Origin: an uncultured Candidatus Saccharibacteria bacterium
Lineage (GTDB): Bacteria > Patescibacteriota > Dojkabacteria > SC72 > JAHDCA01
NCBI GenBank assembly: GCA_964540605.1
Contig: CAZINM010000001.1
Coordinates: 1-39,778 of the forward strand
DNA: 39,778 nt
Reading direction: 5' to 3'
Translations under genes and position numbers: made by a program
In this document: piece by piece, positions 17,451 to 26,920 of the stretch
Position numbering within the stretch: the stretch's first letter is position 1
How the letters are laid out: each line of letters opens with the position of its first letter
The notes under the pieces: generated by a model
Database searches by the model: none
Told to the model about the DNA's origin: nothing
Seen by the model: only the letters and a program-made list of their open reading frames with translations

Positions 17451-18626
17451 TCAAGTTATTATACGGGCGAGTTCTATCGCCCGTTTTTTTGTTATAGATG
17501 GTATTAAAAGTAAAATTTGTTGGTTCAATCTCATTAATTTATTTATCTCTCCTTTCTTAGAAGTATCAATTATTAGATCCTGATATCTATCATCGATCTG
17601 TTGGAGCTGGGAATCATCTATAATTATTGGATCTATAAGGCTTCTTATCTGTTGGATCGCTTTATGGTGGAGATCGATCATTCTTGATGTGCATGTACAT
17701 ATCAAATTTTTTGATATTAGATAGCCACATTGGCATGGAGGCATCTCAATGATCCATTTTTTATCTAGGTGCTTTTGAATTATATCGATCACCGATCGAT
17801 AATTAAGTTCTTTATATATTAGTTTAAAATAGGAGTCCTCAGAATTATTTTCATCAGAATCCAAGACCTTACTCAGCTGTTCAAGATCTGTTCCAGTCCT
17901 TATTTGAATAATATCGGTTTTGTTTTGTCCAAAAAGATGGCTGAGTAATGAATCAGCAATTTCTGTACCAGTTGATGCTGGACAGTTACCTAGAGCTAAA
18001 TTATGGTTTATGTGGAGGACACTTCTGTTTAAGGCGAAAGCAATACTCCATCCCAACCAGCATTTTTGATCGATCTTTTTGGTTGATCTGTGGTGTATAT
18101 ATTTGGAAGTTGGTTTCCCCTCAAAGTAGTTATATATATCTGATACATTTTTAATGAAGATATAACTTCTTTCGTTATAAGATCTTTCTGGAAGATCGAT
18201 GAACGGTAAGAATATCTCAGTATTTTTATAAAAAATATTTGAATGTTCAATGTTATATATCTTTTGATATATATCTTCTGTAGCTGTAACTGAGCCATCT
18301 AGAGCGATATTGCCGATACATACATATTTGGTATCTGAATTAATATTGTTAATAGCCATGTAAACTGCAACAAAGATTGGGAGGTCTAGAGATGATTCAT
18401 CTATTTCCTTATCAACCGAACTTATTAATACTCGAACTTTGTTATTAGGTAATTTCCTTCCTGAATTAGAAAAAATAAAATAAAATTTCTTTGAATTCCT
18501 AATGTACTTACCGCTAACATCGCCCAAGATTTGGATCTGTGGGATCCCTCCAGAAATTCCCACCTCTATAAGCACTTCTTTGGGTTTTCCGATCTCATTG
18601 TTTATATAATAAGTTTTTGAATACAT
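17451..18626 (-). CDS. ComM/YifB (Mg-chelatase-like AAA+) family homologue, shortened, with degenerate Walker A/B
   Basis: N-terminal Lon-like domain (VLIEVGISGGIPQIQILG...SSLDLPIFVAVYMA...CIGNIALDGSV) and a PPCQCGY...CTC..RMI cysteine block as in ComM. HNLALGNCPASTGTE stands where ComM has HNLLL.GPPGTGKT. A strong SD (AAGGAGGT) precedes the ATG. Confidence 0.6.
   Translation of the reverse strand: MYSKTYYINNEIGKPKEVLIEVGISGGIPQIQILGDVSGKYIRNSKKFYFIFSNSGRKLPNNKVRVLISSVDKEIDESSLDLPIFVAVYMAINNINSDTKYVCIGNIALDGSVTATEDIYQKIYNIEHSNIFYKNTEIFLPFIDLPERSYNERSYIFIKNVSDIYNYFEGKPTSKYIHHRSTKKIDQKCWLGWSIAFALNRSVLHINHNLALGNCPASTGTEIADSLLSHLFGQNKTDIIQIRTGTDLEQLSKVLDSDENNSEDSYFKLIYKELNYRSVIDIIQKHLDKKWIIEMPPCQCGYLISKNLICTCTSRMIDLHHKAIQQIRSLIDPIIIDDSQLQQIDDRYQDLIIDTSKKGEINKLMRLNQQILLLIPSITKKRAIELARIIT
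17463..17490 (+). terminator. rho-independent terminator ending the r-protein super-operon
   Basis: ACGGGCGA (17463-17470) / TCGCCCGT (17477-17484), 6-nt loop, then TTTTTT (17485-17490). It overlaps the last codons of the convergent ORF. Confidence 0.8.
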
Positions 18627-18718
18627 ATCTGACCTCCTTGTTTAGATCATATATGGTAAAGATTTAATAATTATTAAAAAGACCTGAAATTATGCAGTTT
18701 TTGTAATATAATCATGGT

Positions 18719-19063
18719 GCAAGTATCTCAAGTGATCGCTTTAGTTCGTTTATAACTAAAGAGGAAAGTCCGGACTTCATGTGGTCTCGACATTCGAGAT
18801 GAACGCCAACGAGAGTTGGGAGGGAGTGATCTTTCGGAGAAAAGGGCAACAGAAAGTTATACCGCCTGACTATCAAATTGTCATATATTGTTAAATTAGC
18901 AATAGATGATGTTTTGGTGGTCAGGTAAGGGTGAAATGGTAGGGTAAGAGCCTACCGGTCGATCTAGTAATAGATCGATGCGTGGTAACCCCCGTTCGAA
19001 GCAAGGAGAGATCCGCTTAGATAGATGGTCACATAAACAGAATTCGGCTTATGAGATACTTGC
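18719..19063 (+). ncRNA. rnpB: RNase P RNA, bacterial type A
   Basis: P1 pairing GCAAGTATCTCA (18719-18730) with TGAGATACTTGC (19052-19063). Universal blocks are present: GAGGAAAGTCCGGAC, CAACAGAAAG, GGTAAGGGTGAAA, GGTAAGAGCC, GGTAAC, GCAAGG, ACAGAATTCGGCTTAT. TATAAT at 18707-18712 lies just upstream. Confidence 0.9.
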
Positions 19064-19064
19064 A

Positions 19065-20036
19065 TTAGATCTTTTTGATATTTTTCCCAAGGCAAAACTG
19101 TTTTCCGTCCATTTTTGTTTTCCCTTCAAGTTGTACCTCTTTAAGAGCAAATATTATTTTAGGATCTTTTGTTCCGACGATCATATCTGTTCCATCAAAT
19201 GCATATTCGCCAGGTTTTAGATCAGATCTAGATTTTACAGATTCTTTGCAGGAAGAGTCATATTCGGTATTAACCAGATTTGCTCTAAATATTTTTAACC
19301 TAAGTTTCTCTTCGAAATAAGTCCAAGCAATTGGCCATGGGATGAGTGCCCTGATCATTCTTTCGATCAATTCTGGTTCATGAGTCTCCCAATTGATATA
19401 TGCATTCTCTTTCGATATATCGTCTTGTTGGCAGTATGTAGCTAGTTCATCATCCTGTTCGTATGTTTCAATCTTTCCATTTACCCAATCTTCTAGAACA
19501 TCACCTATGGTTTTATGTGTTATCTCAACAAGCCTATGTCTTAGTGATTCATTTGTATCATCATCTAATATCTCTTCTTTATATTGTCTAAGGATTGGTC
19601 CAGCATCAAGCCGTGATACCATTTTTACATATGTGATACCTGTTTCTTTCTCTCCTTCAAGAATAGCTTTTTGAATTGGTACAGCTCCTCGATATTTAGG
19701 CAAGAGTGAATAATGAACATTTATCGATCCAAATTTTGGATATTTTAGAAATGAACCAGGAACCATTTCTCCAAAGGATTTACATACTACTAGATCAGCA
19801 TTGAATAGTTCTGATGCTTCTTTGTATTTTTTCTTGCTTCCTAAAGTATGAAATACTGGGATACCTTGTTCTGTAGCATATGACTTGATCTCAGATGGTA
19901 TGATCTTTTTATCTCTCCCTACAGGTTTATCTGGTTGAGTGATTAGGCCGACAACTTCAAATCGAGGGTCATCAACTAATGTGCTTAATGTTGATAAGGC
20001 TTCCCAATTTGAACCTAAAAATAATATTTTTGTCAT
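19065..20036 (-). CDS. fmt: methionyl-tRNA formyltransferase
   Basis: MTKILFLGS......L..L......V.G..TQPDKP.GR and N.H.SLLPKYRG..PIQ.AI..G...TG.T formyltransferase core plus a C-terminal beta-barrel domain. Confidence 0.93.
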   Translation of the reverse strand: MTKILFLGSNWEALSTLSTLVDDPRFEVVGLITQPDKPVGRDKKIIPSEIKSYATEQGIPVFHTLGSKKKYKEASELFNADLVVCKSFGEMVPGSFLKYPKFGSINVHYSLLPKYRGAVPIQKAILEGEKETGITYVKMVSRLDAGPILRQYKEEILDDDTNESLRHRLVEITHKTIGDVLEDWVNGKIETYEQDDELATYCQQDDISKENAYINWETHEPELIERMIRALIPWPIAWTYFEEKLRLKIFRANLVNTEYDSSCKESVKSRSDLKPGEYAFDGTDMIVGTKDPKIIFALKEVQLEGKTKMDGKQFCLGKNIKKI

Positions 20037-20076
20037 AATAAGCGATTATACTGGATTTCTGGTAAAATCTCTCGTC

Positions 20077-21105
20077 ATGTTAACAACAGATTTCGATTAC
20101 AATTTGCCAAAAGAGAGAATAGCTTTTTATCCACCAGAAGTTCGTGGTGATACAAGGTTAATGGTAATTGATAGAAAGAGTCGAACTATTGAACATGGTA
20201 AGTATCAAGACCTTGATGTTTATATGAATAAAAATGATGTCTTAGTTATAAATAATACAAAAGTATCTAATATGAGGCTTTTCTTTACACGAAATTCGAA
20301 AGATCATGAAATTTTACTACTGAAATCTCTTTCAGATAATAAGTGGGAGTGTTTAATAGGAAGATCATCAAAACTTAATGTGGGAGATATATTATCATCA
20401 ATAGATGATGAAAATTATAAAGTTACAATTGATCAAAAACTTGAGGATTCTGTTTGGATAATTAACTCGAACAAAGATCTAAATGAAGCTATTGATAGAT
20501 ATGGTCATGTTCCACTTCCGCCATATATAAAAAGAGAAGATCAGAATAGTGATAGAGAGAGATACAATACGATTTTTAGCAAAAAGAAGGGATCTTCTGC
20601 AGCACCCACTGCTAGTTTGAATATTACGGATACCTTATTAAAAAAGTTAAAAAATAAAGGAGTAGGAATAGCCGAATTAACCCTAGATGTTGGTTGGGGA
20701 ACATTTTCACCTATTCGAGATAATAATATCGAAGATCACATAATTCATAGGGAAAGGATAGAAATTAGTAAAAGCAGTGCTGATATTATAAATAATGCGA
20801 AAGGGCTGGGAGGTAGATTGTTCGCAGTAGGAACTACTTCCGCCAGAACTATTGAATCGGTTGCTGGTATATCAGTGAATAATGAGATCAAAGAGTATTC
20901 TGGAGATACCAATATTTATATTTATCCCGGATATGAATGGAAAGCTGTTGATGCTTTAGTGACCAATTTTCATGCACCAAGAACTACATTATTAGCTATG
21001 ATAGGATCTTTTATGGGAGTTGATCTGATGCATGAAGCTTATGAGATCGCACTAGAAAGTAAGTACAATTTTCTAAGCTATGGTGATTCCATGTTGATAT
21101 TATGA
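20077..21105 (+). CDS. queA: S-adenosylmethionine:tRNA ribosyltransferase-isomerase
   Basis: DFDYNLPKERIA.YP...R...RLMV, G..PLPPYIKRE, and VGTT..RT.ES blocks. ATG at 20077; the longer track ORF overlaps fmt. Confidence 0.92.
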   Translation: MLTTDFDYNLPKERIAFYPPEVRGDTRLMVIDRKSRTIEHGKYQDLDVYMNKNDVLVINNTKVSNMRLFFTRNSKDHEILLLKSLSDNKWECLIGRSSKLNVGDILSSIDDENYKVTIDQKLEDSVWIINSNKDLNEAIDRYGHVPLPPYIKREDQNSDRERYNTIFSKKKGSSAAPTASLNITDTLLKKLKNKGVGIAELTLDVGWGTFSPIRDNNIEDHIIHRERIEISKSSADIINNAKGLGGRLFAVGTTSARTIESVAGISVNNEIKEYSGDTNIYIYPGYEWKAVDALVTNFHAPRTTLLAMIGSFMGVDLMHEAYEIALESKYNFLSYGDSMLIL

Positions 21106-21163
21106 GAAAATAATGGCTAAGAATAAAGTTTTTCAGGATAATTTCTGTCCATGGACCAAATAA

Positions 21164-22258
<1,095 letters not shown>

Positions 22259-22281
22259 CTGTGTGAACATTTACTCTCATC

Positions 22282-22310
22282 TTCGAACTGTAATAAAAAG
22301 ATGTTATAAT
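22282..22310 (+). promoter_or_regulatory. candidate promoter (extended -10) heading the long rny leader
   Basis: TTCGAA (22282-22287), 17-nt spacer, TGt then TATAAT (22305-22310). It lies about 210 nt upstream of the rny ATG. Confidence 0.4.
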
Positions 22311-22489
22311 AGCTCGTTGATTATCAATTGGTTGTGACCTCATACTAGAGAGACTAATGATAAGCAGTTTGAATAATACTATTTTGAAAAATAATTGATG
22401 TTAAATAATTGCTTAAATAATAGAATTTATAAAGAATTTTACAGTCCTCCACGGAGAAATCCGTGTATTTCGGGTCATTCTAACTGGTA

Positions 22490-22515
22490 ATCATCAATAA
22501 TTTGATATTGATGAT
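22490..22515 (+). promoter_or_regulatory. perfect 10-bp inverted repeat immediately upstream of the rny start codon
   Basis: ATCATCAATA (22490-22499), 6-nt loop, TATTGATGAT (22506-22515). The rny ATG is at 22519. Confidence 0.35.
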
Positions 22516-22518
22516 GAT

Positions 22519-24048
22519 ATGGATCCATTATTATTATTCCTAGTCATTGGCGCTACGGCTGCTATTGTATTTTTAGCATTCAAATTTGGCGCGATGAAAA
22601 GGATTCCAACTACTGCAGAAGATTTTTCTGAAGAAGATGTAAATATGATTCTTGAGAATAGATCTTCTGAGATCATACAGAAAGCCAATAAAGAGGCTTT
22701 ACAGGTCAGAAAAGAAGCAGAAGATAGAGTCCGGGAATTAAGAAAAGAGTTAGCTGAGCAAGAAAGATTGTTAATTGAAAGAGAGAAATCTCTTAATCAA
22801 AGATCAAAAATGCTTGAAGGTGAGTCTGAAAGAATAGAGACAGATAAAAATGTTTTAAGAAATGGTAAGAAGAAACTTGAAGAGATGAGAAATCAGTTAA
22901 AAGTTGAACTTGAAAGAATTAGTGGCTTAACAAGGGAAGAAGCAAAGCAAAAGTTATTAAGTGAGATCGAGGAAGATGTTAAGAATTATGAGGCTAAATT
23001 AGTAAGAACTGCTCAAAAGAGAGCTGAAGAGATCTCAGACGAAAAATCAAAGGAAATTTTGGTAGAAACAATGCAAAGAATTGTTACCGATTATGTTGGG
23101 GAGACAACGACTTCAACAATTAAACTTGAAGATGAAAAAGTAAAGGGTAGGATCATTGGTAAGGATGGTAGGAATATCCGTGCATTTGAGCAATTAACAG
23201 GTGTTGATGTGATTGTTGATGAATCGCCAAACGCTATTGGTCTTTCATCATTTGATCCTCTTAGACGAGAGATCGCTAGAGTTGCTATGGATAAACTTGT
23301 GAAAGATGGAAGAATTCATCCGGGAACCATAGAAGAGGAGATCAGAAAAGCTAAGAACGAAATTGCTGTCGAGATCAAGAAAAATGGTCAAATTCTGGCT
23401 GATGAAGCTGGTTGGCCTGGAATGGATATGAGTTTGGTTAAACTTGTTGGAAAAATGAAATATCGAACAAGTTATGGTCAAAGCTTAATGAAACATACTA
23501 TTGAGGTTATAAGAATTGGTGCAGCTCTTGCAGCTGAACTGAATGCTGATGTCGATCTAGTCAAAAAAGCATGTTTACTTCATGATGTGGGAAAGGTACT
23601 GACACATAAAGTTGAAGGAGCTCATCACCATATTTCTGGTCAGATAGCTAGGAAATACAATCTACCTGATAAATTGGTCAATGCAATCGAAGCTCATCAT
23701 TTAGATATTGTGGCTTCATCAATTGAAGCGACGATAGTTTATTTAGCTGATGCAATATCTGGAGCAAGACCTGGAGCTAGAAAAGACAGCTACGAACAGT
23801 ATATTAAACGAGTAGAGGGAATTGAGAATGTTGCTAAAGAGATTGGTGGCGACAGAGTTGATGATGTTTATGCTATTCATGCTGGTAGAGAGGTGAGGGT
23901 TATCGTTAAACCTAATAAAATCGATGATGAAGGGGTAAATCTTCTAGCAAAAGATATTGCCGATAAGATCCATGAGACTCAGACATATCCTGGTACAGTA
24001 CAGGTAACTGTGATCAGAGAGAATAGAGCTGAACAGATGGCTACTTAG
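22519..24048 (+). CDS. rny: ribonuclease Y
   Basis: N-terminal TM helix, long K/E coiled coil, KH domain (GRIIGKDGRNIRAFE..TGVD), and HD domain (LLHDVGK...HH..G). Confidence 0.93.
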   Translation: MDPLLLFLVIGATAAIVFLAFKFGAMKRIPTTAEDFSEEDVNMILENRSSEIIQKANKEALQVRKEAEDRVRELRKELAEQERLLIEREKSLNQRSKMLEGESERIETDKNVLRNGKKKLEEMRNQLKVELERISGLTREEAKQKLLSEIEEDVKNYEAKLVRTAQKRAEEISDEKSKEILVETMQRIVTDYVGETTTSTIKLEDEKVKGRIIGKDGRNIRAFEQLTGVDVIVDESPNAIGLSSFDPLRREIARVAMDKLVKDGRIHPGTIEEEIRKAKNEIAVEIKKNGQILADEAGWPGMDMSLVKLVGKMKYRTSYGQSLMKHTIEVIRIGAALAAELNADVDLVKKACLLHDVGKVLTHKVEGAHHHISGQIARKYNLPDKLVNAIEAHHLDIVASSIEATIVYLADAISGARPGARKDSYEQYIKRVEGIENVAKEIGGDRVDDVYAIHAGREVRVIVKPNKIDDEGVNLLAKDIADKIHETQTYPGTVQVTVIRENRAEQMAT

Positions 24049-24090
24049 TGCACTAGGGCTAAATAATTAGATTAATTGAACGACAAAAAG

Positions 24091-24882
24091 ATGATAAAAG
24101 TTTTGTTTATTGGTGATGTTTGCGGAAAACCAGGGAGGAATGCAGTAAAACAGCTAGTTCCTCAACTTAGAAAAGAACATGACATAGATCTTGTTATCAC
24201 TAATGCCGAGAATGTAGCACATGGCAGAGGTGTTAGCGTTAACGCAATTAATGAGTTGATGTCTGCTGGTATAGATCATATGACTTCAGGCAATCATGTT
24301 TGGAAGCATCCCGAATTTGAAGAGGTTCTTTCTGGAGAATATCCTATAATCAGACCGATCAATTATCCCGATGATGTTATGGGCAAAGGTTATGCTGAAA
24401 TAGATCTTGGGTCTAAAGGTATCTTTCTATTAGTAAATGTCATGGGAGTGGCTTTTTTCAATGAGAGAACTTTATCTGAGCCTTTTAGACGATTAAATAG
24501 CCTTTTTTCAGAACTTGATATGGAGAAGTATTCAGGATCTTTGATCGATTTTCATGCGGAATCAACGTCAGAAAAACTATCGGCCGGTTTATATTATGAT
24601 GGTCAAATAAGTACAATAGTAGGAACTCATACACACATCCCAACTGCAGATGAAAGAATATTTCCAAAGGGTACAGCATATATCACAGATGTAGGTATGA
24701 CAGGTCCTGATGATTCAAGCCTTTGGGTTAAAAAAGAGGCTATATTTAGGCAAAACATGTATCCTTATCCTGTTCATTACGAAATGCAGGAGGAGGGTCC
24801 AGTAAGGTTTGATTCGGTCTTGATCGAGATCGAAAGTGATAAAAAGGCCGTCAGTATAAGGCGTATAAATAAAATCCTATAG
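24091..24882 (+). CDS. YmdB-family metallophosphoesterase (2',3'-cyclic-nucleotide phosphodiesterase-like)
   Basis: MIKVLFIGDVCGKPGR.AV...VP.L......D.VI.NAENVAHG.G and GTHTHIPTADERI..KGTAYITDVGMTG blocks. rny-ymdB synteny as in Firmicutes. Confidence 0.85.
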   Translation: MIKVLFIGDVCGKPGRNAVKQLVPQLRKEHDIDLVITNAENVAHGRGVSVNAINELMSAGIDHMTSGNHVWKHPEFEEVLSGEYPIIRPINYPDDVMGKGYAEIDLGSKGIFLLVNVMGVAFFNERTLSEPFRRLNSLFSELDMEKYSGSLIDFHAESTSEKLSAGLYYDGQISTIVGTHTHIPTADERIFPKGTAYITDVGMTGPDDSSLWVKKEAIFRQNMYPYPVHYEMQEEGPVRFDSVLIEIESDKKAVSIRRINKIL

Positions 24883-24893
24883 GCAAGCTATTC

Positions 24894-24920
24894 TTGACAC
24901 CCTCTAAAAAATGCTATATT
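24894..24920 (+). promoter_or_regulatory. candidate promoter for the HU gene
   Basis: TTGACA (24894-24899) and TGcTATATT (24912-24920). The spacer is only 15 nt, hence moderate confidence. Confidence 0.4.
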
Positions 24921-24993
24921 TTAGGCCTAGTGTTAGAAGCCCATAAAATATGTGATTTCAACACTATCTCTAAGGAAAGGAGGATCTACGTAA

Positions 24994-25266
24994 ATGTTGA
25001 AAAAAGATTTACAACAGGTAGTTGCCGATAAAGTTGGTTTAACCAAAAAACAAGCAGGCGAAGCCTTAGACGCTATGTTAGAAGCTGTTACAAAAGCTCT
25101 CTCAAGCGGTGATTCTGTTCTCTTAACAGGATTTGGTCGTTTTGAAGTTAGACATAGAGCTGCAAGAGTTGGTATTAACCCACAGACAAAAGGTAAGATC
25201 AATCTCCCAGCTACAAAAGTTCCTGCATTCAAAGCTGGAAAAGGATTAAAAGAGGCTGTGAAATAG
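24994..25266 (+). CDS. hup: DNA-binding protein HU
   Basis: L.K.DL...VA.K.GLTKKQA..ALDAMLE.V..AL..GD.V.L.GFG.FEVR.RAAR.G.NPQT...I...A.KVP.FKAGK. A strong SD (AAAGGAGGA) lies upstream. Confidence 0.93.
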   Translation: MLKKDLQQVVADKVGLTKKQAGEALDAMLEAVTKALSSGDSVLLTGFGRFEVRHRAARVGINPQTKGKINLPATKVPAFKAGKGLKEAVK

Positions 25267-25301
25267 TGTTACCGGCACAACTCTGTTTATTACAGAATTC
25301 G

Positions 25302-25367
25302 ATCAGGACCTTGTTTACTGTTCATATGGTTGTGAATAGTAACACAGGGTCCTGATTTCTTTTTATT
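25302..25367 (+). terminator. long-stem rho-independent terminator after the HU gene
   Basis: ATCAGGACCTTGTTTACTGTTC (25302-25323) pairs with GAATAGTAACACAGGGTCCTGAT (25334-25356), with two G-U pairs and one bulge, then TTCTTTTTATT. Confidence 0.8.
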
Positions 25368-25455
25368 GATCTTATTTTTATATTTTTCAATGTTGAAAGA
25401 TAAGATTCTATGAGTTAAACTGAATTCAGATTATTGTATTTATTATTTATTAACT

Positions 25456-26913
25456 GTGTTCAAAAAACTGCTCATCCCAAATCAAGAGAATAATTACACT
25501 CCTTACATAATAAGGAAATCTGCACTTGCCATTTATACTTTGGCACTTTTTCTTTTTAATTTGTTGTCACCTATGCTCTTACCTGAGTCTTCGCAGGTAG
25601 TTGCAAGTACGATAAGTGTTGAGAATATTGTAGCTTTGGCTAATAAAGAGCGAACTTCTGCAGGTCTTAATTCTTTAAATACTGATGTCAGATTAAATGC
25701 AGCTGCTTTAGCTAAAGCGAATGATATGTTCGCAAAAGATTACTGGGATCATTTCGGTCCTAATGGCGAGACTCCTTGGCAATTTATTTCAAATGCAGGG
25801 TATACATATGTTTATGCAGGTGAAAATTTAGCAAAAGGCTTTGTTACTGCAGAAGGTGTACATCAAGCTTGGATGTCTAGTCCAACGCATAAAGCAAATA
25901 TCATGAATGGAAATTATCGTGACATAGGTGTTGCTGTCGCAGAAGGAACTTTATTGGGCGAACAGGTAATTTTGGTTGTACAGATGTTTGGATCTACAGT
26001 TGCACAAAAACCAGTTGTTGAAACTCCACCAGAAGTACTACCGAGTGAGGATAGCCTTGATGTTGATAATGATGTCGATGAGGTCATAAATGTTGAGCAG
26101 GGTGAAATAAAAAGTATTAGTATCGTTAGACCAGCTGAGGGAGATATTATAAAAGACCCAGCTTTTGATGTTGAAGGCACAGTAGAAGGCTATGAATCAA
26201 ATATTGGGGAATATTCTGTGACAATCAATAGAAATGGCTTAGATATAGCAACATCAAGCTCTAGCAGTGAAGAGTGGAGTGTTGATAAGCAATCCGACTG
26301 GGAAGAGGGTGAGCATAAGATCTCAGTTTTTATTGACGGATTTGATAATATTTCAGACTCAGTCAATTTTACAGTAGATTCTACTCCGCCAACTTTTTAT
26401 GCAGATAGTCTATCTATGGATATGGTGGACAATCATGCAGAGATATCAATTTATGTTGAGGAGGAAGATGCCACAGTGATGTTGAATTTGGGTTCTGAAA
26501 CTTACGGTTTCGCCCATGAAGGTGCAGGGATCTTTACAGCTTATGTACCAAGAGCTTCCATTGAAACTTCTGATATGACAGCCAATTTGTTGGTATCCGA
26601 TAAGAATGGTAATTCAACTAGTATGGATGTAACCCAAAGACTTGCTACTATTGCAGAAGGTAACAATCTTCAAACTGTTTCAAATCCCACATTCGTACAA
26701 AAGTTTTTCGCTGGTGTGACGACTATGGATCTAAAAGCTAAAGTAAATCTTGGTTTCGCACTTTTCTTACTAATAATTCTGATAATACAGGTTATTTTGT
26801 ATAAAAAATCTGGAATGTTGCATGATAAAGGTGGATATTTACTTACAATTGGAATATTTCTATTTTTAGTTGTCGTAGGGACATTAACTGAAGTAACAGG
26901 TTCAATTAATTAA
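25456..26913 (+). CDS. CAP/SCP (YkwD-like) domain protein with N- and C-terminal membrane anchors
   Basis: N-terminal TM, then a CAP-domain signature (R...GL..L.....L..AA..KA.DM....YW.H..P.G..PW......GY....AGENLA.GF.......AWM.SP.H..NI....Y...GV). An acidic linker, beta-rich repeats and two C-terminal TM helices follow. GTG start. Confidence 0.7.
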   Translation: MFKKLLIPNQENNYTPYIIRKSALAIYTLALFLFNLLSPMLLPESSQVVASTISVENIVALANKERTSAGLNSLNTDVRLNAAALAKANDMFAKDYWDHFGPNGETPWQFISNAGYTYVYAGENLAKGFVTAEGVHQAWMSSPTHKANIMNGNYRDIGVAVAEGTLLGEQVILVVQMFGSTVAQKPVVETPPEVLPSEDSLDVDNDVDEVINVEQGEIKSISIVRPAEGDIIKDPAFDVEGTVEGYESNIGEYSVTINRNGLDIATSSSSSEEWSVDKQSDWEEGEHKISVFIDGFDNISDSVNFTVDSTPPTFYADSLSMDMVDNHAEISIYVEEEDATVMLNLGSETYGFAHEGAGIFTAYVPRASIETSDMTANLLVSDKNGNSTSMDVTQRLATIAEGNNLQTVSNPTFVQKFFAGVTTMDLKAKVNLGFALFLLIILIIQVILYKKSGMLHDKGGYLLTIGIFLFLVVVGTLTEVTGSIN

Positions 26914-26920
26914 AAAGATC

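Noticed and set aside
17377-18298. ORFs 17377-17583 (+), 17948-18154 (+) and 18029-18298 (-).
   Set aside because: They overlap the rpsI 3' end and terminator, or are alternative frames of the ComM-like gene. The 391-aa frame has family similarity and a strong SD.
18978-19674. Plus-strand ORFs 18978-19220, 19075-19320 and 19393-19674.
   Set aside because: The first overlaps the 3' half of RNase P RNA, and the others are antisense to fmt. None has coding features.
22259-22518. SRP (4.5S) RNA, 6S RNA or a riboswitch in the rny upstream region; also a preQ1 riboswitch in the queA-tgt spacer (21106-21172).
   Set aside because: The GNRA hairpin lacks the flanking AGCA/GGAA symmetric-loop signature of SRP RNA. 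No preQ1-type motif is visible. This rests on inspection only, so the region is reported as an unclassified structured leader.
24933-25232. A 99-aa minus-strand ORF antisense to the HU gene.
   Set aside because: The + strand frame is an unmistakable HU with its own promoter, SD and terminator. The antisense ORF is a by-product.
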